This document shows positions 50,401-58,269 of a stretch of 64,000 nucleotides of DNA, one piece after another (position 1 is the first letter of the stretch; each line of letters opens with the position of its first letter). Source of the stretch: a virus. The stretch is from positions 32,001 through 96,000 of the IMG/VR virus record IMGVR_UViG_3300037483_000594; one strand, given 5' to 3'. Position numbers and translations under genes: made by a program. The notes under the pieces were generated by a model. That model was not told the DNA's origin. It was given only the letters and a program-made list of their open reading frames with translations, and made no database searches.

Positions 50401-50611
50401 GGAGCATGTTGGCTTCCAGGAAAAAGCGTTCGTGTTTGGAGTACGCCATAGACCAGAAGACAACCGTGTCCGTGGCGATGTTCAACCCGGTTGTCTCTGT
50501 GTCTATGGAGATTAAGGGCGCGCGCTTCAACTTTATGCAGAGCTCCCCGGCCTGTTCTTCTGTCTTGATGTGAACAGGCTCGGGGATGCTCAGGTTGATG
50601 ATGGTTTTCAT
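47426..50611 (-). CDS. polA: family A DNA polymerase with 3'-5' exonuclease, intein-containing
   Basis: DTETTG, KYD, YASMD exonuclease motifs; TSRLSSSDPNLQN, DYEQLE, KAVCFGIVYG, IQG|TAAD, QIHDE. Confidence 0.95.
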   Translation of the reverse strand: MKTIINLSIPEPVHIKTEEQAGELCIKLKRAPLISIDTETTGLNIATDTVVFWSMAYSKHERFFLEANMLPYFAEVFTDKYRAWIGSQVKYDAHILANSGHPLSGDLLCTLTMDRLLDPRQLHGLKDVYSRLFGEYMKSFAHTFFPVGPDGKARRPPKKALYEILKDKFVEDPGAVINYASMDAWGALRVFYRLRHDLRARYTSHGYSLWHVFINFEVPMTRTLYEMEREGVRADVQYLQSRRPLIEEKQRAVEKEVIKQVGRPINLSSPKQLATYFFTEAGYDNIGKTATGQFKMNKEAYKALAAQGCETATLIADYAKLQKVLGTYVDGMLERVHRGKIHTNLNQHKVETSRLSSSDPNLQNAQKEASEFVDVRSVFIADDDESLIVDDYEQLEMYILGDYSQDKNLLSAIILNKDIHCANVETIYGDPYEESIVAKKKKEEKKPLDAREKLLTERRGDIKAVCFGIVYGKAARSLGIQLKYHIEAATQHPEWDAARCERWARQKAQEKIDLFFAGLPGAHRFIQTTIRQAYEQRFVETRLGRQRMLPDILDYETMLDHAAAAAKRGRELCWCDRCTASRKEERRAVNTKIQGCLPACTRVFTSKGLLPIGTIPERGLAWTGHRWAEYRRLSRGPHELATISLSTGQVLHCDTRHEVLVATDTGYVFQHWSTLRPGTRVCLSLAQGIDLPDTSTVAPTDAYWLGFLLGNGCTRHGATQQNAVSVTFGDRKHRHKKEEQAQKYIDFLCQLGLTHQKPRVYKHKIAITTQSVQFKDHLKNLGYPWGASSHEKSIPTAVWSASLNGRTQFLLGLLDADGCVTCARPNLHMCNKTLLEEVQILSRTVGVESRLHGPYHRHEHTSWRLDFNRAHLAALSYGHSNREIVRDRAPAFAVKKFIADVDGRVLERGSDQTLLSRMRRGGNVSVYTLNKLAKKYEVELELYATAEVVATVALGVVAETYTLSVSDESHRFDSEGVISKNTAADVCMLAMLGIQRDEHLRALRYKQLLQIHDEILGSCPRGVEEEAAGRVQWHMENCGLRLSVPLRAPAHWGKTWREAKG
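47669..48826 (-). mobile_element. intein (386 aa) with LAGLIDADG homing endonuclease
   Basis: Starts CLPACTRV after IQG; ends VISKN followed by T; YWLGFLLGNG and FLLGLLDADG motifs. Confidence 0.92.
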
Positions 50612-50646
50612 AGCTAAAATAGCACCCGCAGCCGTAGCTGCGGGTG
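50612..50646 (-). terminator. hairpin + TTTTAGC between SSB-like gene and polA
   Basis: CACCCGCAGC-TACG-GCTGCGGGTG-CTATTTTAGCT-ATG. Confidence 0.65.
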
Positions 50647-50652
50647 ACTGTA

Positions 50653-51792
50653 TCAGAACGGGATGTCTTCGTCGGACGACGCAGGGGCGGTGACGTTGGT
50701 GCGGGCGACAGCCTCCACGGTGGTCTCGAAGGGGTTAGGCACACCAAGCACGTGCGCTTGCACCTCCGGGCGTGGGGTGGCGCACTGGTAGTCGAGGGTC
50801 GGGACGTCGGCCAAGAGCTCTTGAAGCGGGGCCGCTACCTCTGGGTGTTCGTTGACGAACTGCTCAAGAGACGTGCAGCTCAGCAGGTTGAACGTCAACG
50901 TATCCTTTGATCCCAACTCCTCGAAGGACACGACGGCATCGTAGAGCGTGAGGGGTGTTGCCTCGTTGCACTTCGAGCACGTGAGTACCTCGTGGTACTG
51001 CACCTCTTTCCCGCAGGCTTCGCAGGAGTCTGTCTCGTACAGAAGGTGCTCCTTGTCGTCAGCGTGAAGGAGGTCCCAGTCCACGTCGAACTGGGTTTTG
51101 CACTCGGGGCAGACGAAGCCGGTGGTTGAGATAAACCCTCCGCAGGAGCAGTGACGGTACACCTGCTCCTCCAGGGCTTCCAGGGCGACGATCTGGTAGC
51201 GGTTGAGGTCCAGGTACTCCTGCTTTCCCCAGAAGCGGGGGACACCCGTCTTGCAGAGCTGGCACGTCTTGCCAGCGCAGGCTTTGTACTCGTAGATCGG
51301 GTACTTCCCCTGTCGTTTTCGACCGGTGTCGATCTTGTGGAAGAAGGCCGCGACGATGATTGAGTACATGCGGTTGATCGTCGCGCTATCGATCTCCTGG
51401 CGTTCCTCAGCTCCTGGGTCCTTCCCCCGTGGGGTTCGGTAGACGTTGAGGCAGGCGACACAAGGGTCATCGCCGACGACGAGGCCACGTTCCCCGTTAC
51501 TGTCGACGACTTCCTTGACCCCCGCGGCGCAGTTGACGAACGGTGGGGTGAGCTTCGGAACGTAGTGTCTTCCGTGAAGGCGGAAAGCGTCGGTGGTGCT
51601 GACCAGCATGTTATTGGCAGCGTCGAACACCTTGTTGATGTATTGGCCGTTGTAGAACACAAATGGGAGGCGCTGCTCCCCCGGCTTTGCCACCTTCCGG
51701 AAAGAAACGAAAGGTTTTGATGCCGCGCCACCACCGCTCACTCTTGACGTCGGGCGTGGTGCTCGCGGGCTGCGTTGGCGAGTCGTAGCCAT
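50653..51792 (-). CDS. single-stranded DNA-binding-like protein with multiple zinc ribbons
   Basis: C-terminal acidic DEDIPF tail; many CxxC pairs; between primase and polymerase. Confidence 0.6.
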   Translation of the reverse strand: MATTRQRSPRAPRPTSRVSGGGAASKPFVSFRKVAKPGEQRLPFVFYNGQYINKVFDAANNMLVSTTDAFRLHGRHYVPKLTPPFVNCAAGVKEVVDSNGERGLVVGDDPCVACLNVYRTPRGKDPGAEERQEIDSATINRMYSIIVAAFFHKIDTGRKRQGKYPIYEYKACAGKTCQLCKTGVPRFWGKQEYLDLNRYQIVALEALEEQVYRHCSCGGFISTTGFVCPECKTQFDVDWDLLHADDKEHLLYETDSCEACGKEVQYHEVLTCSKCNEATPLTLYDAVVSFEELGSKDTLTFNLLSCTSLEQFVNEHPEVAAPLQELLADVPTLDYQCATPRPEVQAHVLGVPNPFETTVEAVARTNVTAPASSDEDIPF

Positions 51793-52772
51793 TGCTCTAT
51801 TCTCCTTGCTTCTGTTATGGCCCTTTTTAGCTGCTCAACCGAGCATGTGTCGGGCTGTTTTTCTGGCAGTTCACACACGTAGCATCTGTTCTGTTGTTTC
51901 AGTAGCTTTTTGCTTAGTGAGAAGGTTCCTCTCTTTCCGGCGGCGTCGTTGTCCAGCATAAGGTACACCGGACCGTCGGTGATGTACAACAGGGTGTCGA
52001 GCTGCTCACTGGAGAACGACGCGCCCATTGCCGCTACGGTGAGCATGCGCAGGTGTTGTTCTACCCACAGGCAGGCTTTGAAGCCCTCTGTGATGATGAG
52101 TGGTCGGGAAGGGTCGGCTACGAGGTACGGGTAGACCCTGTCGGCGTTCCACAGGAATCGCTTGTGAAGGAACCTGTAGTGCGGAAACGCAGAATCGAAC
52201 TCTGGACCGTAGTCTCCGGGGGTTCGGTCCCCTCCTTGGTACACCTTGAACCGAGGCCACTCGTTTCCGGAAGCTCGCCCGGACACCCCTGCCAGGTTTC
52301 CGTAAAGGTCTCGTACCGGGAAGATGACCCGGTGGTGGACCTTGTCGAAGCCGACCTCCACCCTGTTCAGCAGTGCCGCGGAGAATCCGGCCTCGAGCAG
52401 TGACAGGGGGAGGTAGTCGAACATACCCAGCAGGGCGTCCGGGAGGACAGGTTCTGCTAGAAAAGGGTTCTTGTTCTTGAACCTGTTTCGCCAGGTCAGG
52501 CGGGAGCGCCGCTCGTTTCTTGCGATCTGCGGAAGGTAGGGCTCTACCAGCGTCGCGATCGTTTCTTTGGGGACGCCGACCTCTTGCAGGAAGGATCGAA
52601 GGTTACCAGCCCTTCCGCAGCCAAAGCAGTGCCAGAGCCCGGTCTCGATGTTGAAGGAGAAGGAGGGTGTGCTGGAAGAAGGGTCCTCGTGGAAAGGGCA
52701 GATCGCACTGAGGTTTGGGTGCCCGCCCGTCACACGCGAGAGGTAGGGGTAGACGAGGTCAATGAGCTGCAC
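51738..52772 (-). CDS. dnaG: DnaG-type DNA primase
   Basis: CPFH...WHCFGC zinc finger; RVIFPVRD...GR; Toprim TEGFK, LDNDAAG. Confidence 0.9.
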   Translation of the reverse strand: MQLIDLVYPYLSRVTGGHPNLSAICPFHEDPSSSTPSFSFNIETGLWHCFGCGRAGNLRSFLQEVGVPKETIATLVEPYLPQIARNERRSRLTWRNRFKNKNPFLAEPVLPDALLGMFDYLPLSLLEAGFSAALLNRVEVGFDKVHHRVIFPVRDLYGNLAGVSGRASGNEWPRFKVYQGGDRTPGDYGPEFDSAFPHYRFLHKRFLWNADRVYPYLVADPSRPLIITEGFKACLWVEQHLRMLTVAAMGASFSSEQLDTLLYITDGPVYLMLDNDAAGKRGTFSLSKKLLKQQNRCYVCELPEKQPDTCSVEQLKRAITEARRIEQWLRLANAAREHHARRQE

Positions 52773-52866
52773 GTCGACGCTTCCTACGGCGTAGCGCCGG
52801 CTGCGGCACGAAGACCACAAGCGCTGTGATCACAGTGATGACACCGACTATGATGTACTCACACAC
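52759..52866 (-). CDS. putative 35-aa single-TM microprotein
   Basis: MCEYIIVGVITVITALVVFVPQPALRRRKRRRAAH; overlaps both neighbours. Confidence 0.45.
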   Translation of the reverse strand: MCEYIIVGVITVITALVVFVPQPALRRRKRRRAAH

Positions 52867-53422
52867 GTGCGACCCCCGCCCTGATCAACCACCGTCGGTG
52901 TGTGAACTTGTCCAACCACGGGGCGAGCAGGACGCGCAGTTCGTGCACGGCCTGTACAGTGGGTTCCGGCGTGTCAGGCGGGTTGTCGTGGGCTTGTTGT
53001 AGGTGTTGTGGCATCGGTGTTGGCCCTTTTTGCCTGGCCACGTAGTGCCAGAGCACTCTGGCTATACGGTATGCGATGTCTTGATCCACGGTTGAGCTGT
53101 TGTGCATCTGCGCAAAGCGCTGCACGGGCTTGACGTTCTGTGGCTCTGTTTCTTGCACCTCCTTTCTGGTACGAAACCATCTTCTTTTGTAGTAGTAGAA
53201 CATCTTGTATCGTGGCGAGTAACGGGGTTCTACTTTCATGACAGGCGCTGATCCCTGTGTTTTGCTAGGGGCTCGTTTGTAAGAGTCACACAAGAAGGAT
53301 GGTCTCGTAGCAAACACGATCTGGTGTGCACTGCAAACACCGCGGGCAAAGTGTTTGCAAGAGGCACATGCTGGGACTCTCCGGAAGCCAATTTCTATTA
53401 ACTGGTTTTTGAGCGTGTACAT
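52859..53422 (-). CDS. hypothetical basic protein with N-terminal Cys/His cluster, downstream of RT
   Basis: CASCKH...CSAH...CDSY. Confidence 0.6.
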   Translation of the reverse strand: MYTLKNQLIEIGFRRVPACASCKHFARGVCSAHQIVFATRPSFLCDSYKRAPSKTQGSAPVMKVEPRYSPRYKMFYYYKRRWFRTRKEVQETEPQNVKPVQRFAQMHNSSTVDQDIAYRIARVLWHYVARQKGPTPMPQHLQQAHDNPPDTPEPTVQAVHELRVLLAPWLDKFTHRRWLIRAGVARV

Positions 53423-53497
53423 AGCGTATCCGCGACATCTGTATGGGAGCGGATGTTGGTGTTGTCGTGCGTCGTCGAATCGACGAGACCATGTTGC

Positions 53498-54583
53498 CTA
53501 TCTACGCACTCCTAGTTCTTCCCAAGGTGACTTCTGGCTGTGAAAGGCGTGGCGTAGGATATCGAGTTTCACTGTCGATATCTTCTGTAGTCTGCTTGTC
53601 ACGGTCACAAAATATGTTGGGTCTGTCACAACCTCGGGGAGCGCTGGTCCAAACTGCATCACGGCGCTAGCACATGGGCTCGGCTTGTAGCCGGACGCCA
53701 GTTTGCTTCTTACCATTTGTGCTTGAATTTCAGGAATGGAGTGGTCAAACGCCACGAGTTGAAGCTCCGGGGTGATCCCCAGGGTGTGCAGGTGTTTTCC
53801 GCAGCGCATTGAGAACCGGAAGATGAAGTGTTCTTCCGAAGGAGGGGTTAGCCGACACCAGGCGCGCAGCCCCTTTGTCGCGTTGTTTTCTGGAAACTGG
53901 TGCACTGCGGCACGCAGTCTTCTTTTTGTTTTGCGGGTAGGGTGCAGCGAGCCGTCTGGGTCGATGGCCACTCCGCAGATGACTCGGCGTTGTGTGCTGC
54001 TCCCGCGCTGGACTGACTGCAGGTGTGTTTTGTTCGGTGAAAGTCGGAATCCGGCGAGGAGGACGGCCACGTTCAGTTTTTCCTCAATGTACTGGGCGGC
54101 GTCGCGTGGCCCGTTCCACGACACCGACATATCGTCAGCGTAGCGTGTGTAAACGAAGTCTAGCCCGTCACGGGTCAGGATGCGGACGATCGCGTCGTCG
54201 ATGGCCTTGCCGGCGATGTTCGCGAGAGCCGGGCTCGTCGGGAGCCCTTGGTGTGCGACCTTGTCCGGAAAGCACGCGCCGTAGTAGTGGATGGACGAGC
54301 GCTTGGTCATGTGCAGAAGCGCGGAAAACGCGGGGTTGTCGATGGCCACAGAGTCAAAGAAGTCCTTGATGTCCGCGGTGAGCGTGTGCTCTTTGTGCAC
54401 GTGCATGGCGGCGTTGGACACCGGGGAACGCCCCGCAACGAAACCGTGTGCGTGGGTGCAGAGGTGGTAGGCCGCGAAGTTCAGCTCCGGGAGGTAGGTG
54501 AACAGGGTGGCCTTCTCGCTTGTCGTGGGCACGTAGATGAGTCGTTTCTTTCCGTGCCCTTTTGGGATCATCACTTTTTTCAT
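53498..54583 (-). CDS. retron-type reverse transcriptase
   Basis: IPK..GKKRLI, AHGFV, NAAMH (retron region X NAxxH), DIKDFFDS, QGLPTSPALAN, YTRYADD, KT, VICG (region Y VTG variant). Confidence 0.92.
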   Translation of the reverse strand: MKKVMIPKGHGKKRLIYVPTTSEKATLFTYLPELNFAAYHLCTHAHGFVAGRSPVSNAAMHVHKEHTLTADIKDFFDSVAIDNPAFSALLHMTKRSSIHYYGACFPDKVAHQGLPTSPALANIAGKAIDDAIVRILTRDGLDFVYTRYADDMSVSWNGPRDAAQYIEEKLNVAVLLAGFRLSPNKTHLQSVQRGSSTQRRVICGVAIDPDGSLHPTRKTKRRLRAAVHQFPENNATKGLRAWCRLTPPSEEHFIFRFSMRCGKHLHTLGITPELQLVAFDHSIPEIQAQMVRSKLASGYKPSPCASAVMQFGPALPEVVTDPTYFVTVTSRLQKISTVKLDILRHAFHSQKSPWEELGVRR

Positions 54584-54886
54584 TGTCGCGTGGATACCTT
54601 GCAGCCCGGCGGCTGCCCGTTACAGGTAGTGGTTGTCCAAAAATGGGTGTCGATACGACACGCCTGCCGACTTCTGCGAACTGACGCTGCTCTTTGCAAG
54701 CGTCAACTTTTTCTTTCTCCCAAAGAGGGGGCGAACCACCCCGCGAAGAAGAAAGCAGCCAGAAACTACGTGTCCGAGTTTTGCGCGCCTGTCTTCCCGT
54801 GTAGAAGACAGGTTGAAAAACGGTCGGTGCCAGGAGCGATGGTACGGAGACGAAGCATCTCGCCTTCTCCTGGTATGCTAGTTAGG
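54584..54886 (-). ncRNA. putative RT-associated ncRNA (msr-msd-like)
   Basis: ~300-nt gap directly 5' of RT with at least six hairpins. Confidence 0.6.
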
Positions 54887-55045
54887 CTATCGTTTGTACT
54901 TAGCTTTCAGTTTTCTGTACAGGTCCCTGCCTTTGCAGGGGGGTGTTACTACCTCCGGCATCGGGGGATAGTTGACCGCCTGTTTCACCTGCACAGGCTC
55001 TTCCCACCGGGTGTAAATCTCAATCCTTTCGTTTGAAGTAGGCAC
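54887..55045 (-). CDS. small hypothetical protein
   Basis: GGAGG RBS + GTG; 52 aa. Confidence 0.35.
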   Translation of the reverse strand: MPTSNERIEIYTRWEEPVQVKQAVNYPPMPEVVTPPCKGRDLYRKLKAKYKR

Positions 55046-56411
55046 TTTCCGCCTCCTTTCGTTTGTTCTTGGGGATGTCCGGGAGCACCACCTGCGCCCG
55101 GGGTCTTGGTGTGCGGACAACGGGTTGGGGAGCTTGGTCGACGAGTTCTTTTGACTCCGCACGCTCCCACCCTATCTGTTCAAAGATATCGGCGGGCCGG
55201 ATGCGGAGATGGAGGGAGCTGCCGACGTGTTCGGTCTCCCGCCCGGCGGCGATGGTCAAGGTGATGAGGCGTGCCCCGTCCGGGTAGTGTCCGAGGTTAC
55301 GGACGCGGATGGCGCCGTCGCACTCCTGCCCACCCGCGTCAGTGAAGCCGATGTCCTCTACCTGGTTGTCTTCGGCCTCTTCTCCGTTGCTGTTGAGCCG
55401 CGAGCGTTGTGTGGTGGCAAGGACGGGTATCCGCAGGGTCTTGGTAAGCGTGGACAGCCGCATCGTCAGGTCTGCTTGGATGTTGTTCTTTCGGGATTGA
55501 GCGAGCCGGTAGTAAGAGTCTACCGCGGCGATGCTCGCTCCGAACTTCTCAACCTCTGCACGGAAGTGGTCCAGTGGGTGCTGCTTGTTTGGGCAGTCGG
55601 ACAGGGGGACGATCCGGATTGCTGGACCGTATGCCGAGGAGGACAGGTCGTTCACCAGTTCCACACCCCGCTTCAAGCGGAGCTGCTCCTCGGTGTCCAA
55701 CTCCCTTCTTTTCATCTTGGCGTAGTTAACCCCCGCCACGGCAGCGCGCAGGCGTAGCTCAAAGACAAACGGGTCCATCTCTCCGCTGTAGATAAGCGCG
55801 CGCTGGTGTGCTTTGAGAAAGGTGTGAAGCATGATGTCGCCAGCAACAAACGTCTTCATTGTTTTTGGCCGTCCGAAGAACAGCCAGAAGGTCCCGTCCT
55901 CAAACCCGTTGGTAGCGTTTGTCATATCGTCCCAGGGCCAGGGGACACCGTGCACAGGAGCGTTGCTGTACCAGTCGAGAAACTCCTGCCCGGTGCTCCC
56001 CAGATCTCTGGCGCGTATGTTTGGTGCGTACCTGGACAACGTGTCCGAGAGCGTCCGGAGGTGGGCTACGCTCTCCTCTATGTCCACATTGTCCAGGTTA
56101 TCGAGGAGGTCTGTTATCTCCGTCTTGGCCTCGATGTACATCGAGGTCTTTCGGAGGCGCTCACAGTACTCAGGTAGGGTCTTGGCAGGCTCTTGCGGGG
56201 TGTCGGGGAATACGGGAAACGCTTGCTGCATGTCCTCGACAGTGGGCACGCAACCGAAGTGGTTTCTGTTGTTGTAGTAGTCGAGGATAAACGCGTACAT
56301 CTGACGCGTGTGCGGCTTGGTGAACATCTGCTCGGTCAGGCCGAATGACCGTGGGGTTATCATGTCCTTGGTCAGAATGATTTTTAGGATCAGGTCCAGT
56401 TCTGCTGTCAT
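55020..56411 (-). CDS. dnaB: DnaB-like replicative helicase
   Basis: GRPKTMKT Walker A, SGEM, AAVDSYY, IPVLATTQRSR, IGFTDAGGQECD. Confidence 0.88.
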   Translation of the reverse strand: MTAELDLILKIILTKDMITPRSFGLTEQMFTKPHTRQMYAFILDYYNNRNHFGCVPTVEDMQQAFPVFPDTPQEPAKTLPEYCERLRKTSMYIEAKTEITDLLDNLDNVDIEESVAHLRTLSDTLSRYAPNIRARDLGSTGQEFLDWYSNAPVHGVPWPWDDMTNATNGFEDGTFWLFFGRPKTMKTFVAGDIMLHTFLKAHQRALIYSGEMDPFVFELRLRAAVAGVNYAKMKRRELDTEEQLRLKRGVELVNDLSSSAYGPAIRIVPLSDCPNKQHPLDHFRAEVEKFGASIAAVDSYYRLAQSRKNNIQADLTMRLSTLTKTLRIPVLATTQRSRLNSNGEEAEDNQVEDIGFTDAGGQECDGAIRVRNLGHYPDGARLITLTIAAGRETEHVGSSLHLRIRPADIFEQIGWERAESKELVDQAPQPVVRTPRPRAQVVLPDIPKNKRKEAESAYFKRKD

Positions 56412-56432
56412 TCTTCCCTCGGCCGGGGTTGG

Positions 56433-57599
56433 CTAGTCGTGCAATAGGGTATGAGACACGTAGCTGTCGGCGAGGTCGGATAGGCTCAACGACAGTTCAC
56501 GGTTGCGTTTCACGGCGGCTGCTGTGCGGGTGATAGCTTGCAGCACCCCGTACGCGGTGTCAATTGGTTCCTTGTCCCAGGCTTCCGCGATGATTTGGAG
56601 CCTGTTCGCGCTGAGGTACGTCGTGGTCAACTGCCTCAGGACACCCGACAGAATGAACTCTTTGGCGCTTGGTAGCACGATGTCGTGTAGCAGGCGCATT
56701 TGGGTGACGACCTGGTCCAGTTGTGCGCCCAGGTTTTGCCAGGCGCCGTTGATCAGCGTGCGCAGGTCGTCGACCTCGATCTTACGATGCTGACGGCGGA
56801 ACAGCGCCTCCCCGTTTTCGGTTCGGACCAGCCCGTTTCCGCACACCATGCGGAAGAGGTAGGTCAAGAACTCCACACAACGTGTCCCGATCTCGCTGTT
56901 CAGCCAGCGCAGGCCGCCGATGGCGGTGTCGTCGAACTTGTGGACCAGGGAGCGCGCTTCGGGGAAGAGGACGGAAAAGCTCGACACGGAGTTGCCCATG
57001 TCGGCGTCGAAGATGAGGTTGTTTTTGTCCGCGCCGATCGCGTCTCCCAGGAGCTCGAAGATCTGTATGTCGGGGATGTCAAAGTATTTGGGGCTGACGA
57101 ACCCCCGGAGGTACCCCTGGGAGAGCCCCACGTCTTCGTTGGGCAGCGCACGCCGAGCGATGATGCGCACCTCGTTGTGCACGGACGCCGGGACATCGGT
57201 GAAGTAGTTGTTCCAGGCACTCTGGATGTGCTCCAGGCTCTGGTGAGCGAAGAACTTGGTCGTCTCCAGCCCAGTTCGTTTCCGGATCTCACGCTTTGCG
57301 TGGGGGGTGAGCCGGAGAGCTCCAAAGCCGTGGGCGAACACGTCGTCCTTTCCTCCGAACACGAGAGAGGAGAGGTCCACGACATCGTACCCGAGGCCGT
57401 CTGTCACGACTCCGCGTGCTCTTGCGGAGACTGGCGTCGGTTCGATGCGCAGCTCGTGGAGCTGGGTGAGCTGCTCCGCGACTTGGTCATAGCTTTGGTT
57501 CGGAGGGGGGCTGACCTCCCAGTTGGGGGAGGTCGATTCGTCCTCGGAGTCCAGTAGGCCGTTCACTACGATCTCCATCGCTTGTCCTTTCTTCGCCAT
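56433..57599 (-). CDS. DUF932-family protein
   Basis: RGFVSPKY; GLRWLNSEIG...LFRMVCGNGL; TAYGVLQAIT. Confidence 0.75.
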   Translation of the reverse strand: MAKKGQAMEIVVNGLLDSEDESTSPNWEVSPPPNQSYDQVAEQLTQLHELRIEPTPVSARARGVVTDGLGYDVVDLSSLVFGGKDDVFAHGFGALRLTPHAKREIRKRTGLETTKFFAHQSLEHIQSAWNNYFTDVPASVHNEVRIIARRALPNEDVGLSQGYLRGFVSPKYFDIPDIQIFELLGDAIGADKNNLIFDADMGNSVSSFSVLFPEARSLVHKFDDTAIGGLRWLNSEIGTRCVEFLTYLFRMVCGNGLVRTENGEALFRRQHRKIEVDDLRTLINGAWQNLGAQLDQVVTQMRLLHDIVLPSAKEFILSGVLRQLTTTYLSANRLQIIAEAWDKEPIDTAYGVLQAITRTAAAVKRNRELSLSLSDLADSYVSHTLLHD

Positions 57600-57822
57600 T
57601 GATCATCGTCGCAAGATGCTCCTCAATGGCTGTGTTGAGTTCTCGCAGTTTCTTGATAACGTCGTCGCTCCACGAGCTGTGGTGTTCTCCGAGGAGCGCT
57701 CGGTCTTTTTCTGTGAAGGCCGCGTATTTGACAGCCAGGCGACCTTCGAGGGTTCGCTGGTCCAGCTCAACGGTGTAGGTGAGCAGGGCCAGCCTGGCCA
57801 GCTTACTCTGCAGCGGTGTCAT
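57487..57822 (-). CDS. hypothetical protein
   Basis: Operon packing. Confidence 0.5.
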   Translation of the reverse strand: MTPLQSKLARLALLTYTVELDQRTLEGRLAVKYAAFTEKDRALLGEHHSSWSDDVIKKLRELNTAIEEHLATMINGEERTSDGDRSERPTGLRGRIDLPQLGGQPPSEPKL

Positions 57823-58171
57823 CGTCGAGTCCTAGCTGCCGGTTGATGTAGGGGATCATCCGCGCTACTTCGCTTTTCGCGATGTTTGCGGCGGTAACTG
57901 CGGCGTTGTGCAGCGTGGCGTCGTCTTGGTTGCAGGTCAGTTGCACACTGACCTCTACGCTCCACGCGAGCGAACCGTACTCCAGGCTTCGTGCGTACCG
58001 CCAGTGCGCTCCAACCTGGGCAAGCTTGTCGCCACAAAGGACGTCAACAGGCACCCGGGAGGTCGCCTGGCGTGAGACGTCGGTCTTCTTTTTGATCTGT
58101 CGCGCGGCGGTGGTGGTGACCACCGCCTCATTTTCTCCAGTCAAGGATGCCTCCGTGCCCGAACCACACAA
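57803..58171 (-). CDS. hypothetical protein
   Basis: Operon packing; start uncertain. Confidence 0.5.
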   Translation of the reverse strand: MCGSGTEASLTGENEAVVTTTAARQIKKKTDVSRQATSRVPVDVLCGDKLAQVGAHWRYARSLEYGSLAWSVEVSVQLTCNQDDATLHNAAVTAANIAKSEVARMIPYINRQLGLDDDTAAE

Positions 58172-58269
58172 GGCCCGTTACGCGTTGAAGCACGAGTTCG
58201 GTTACGACGAGCGCAGCGAACAACGTGACGTCTCTCACAGTTCGGATAGTTTCGAGTAGCATGGGTCTC

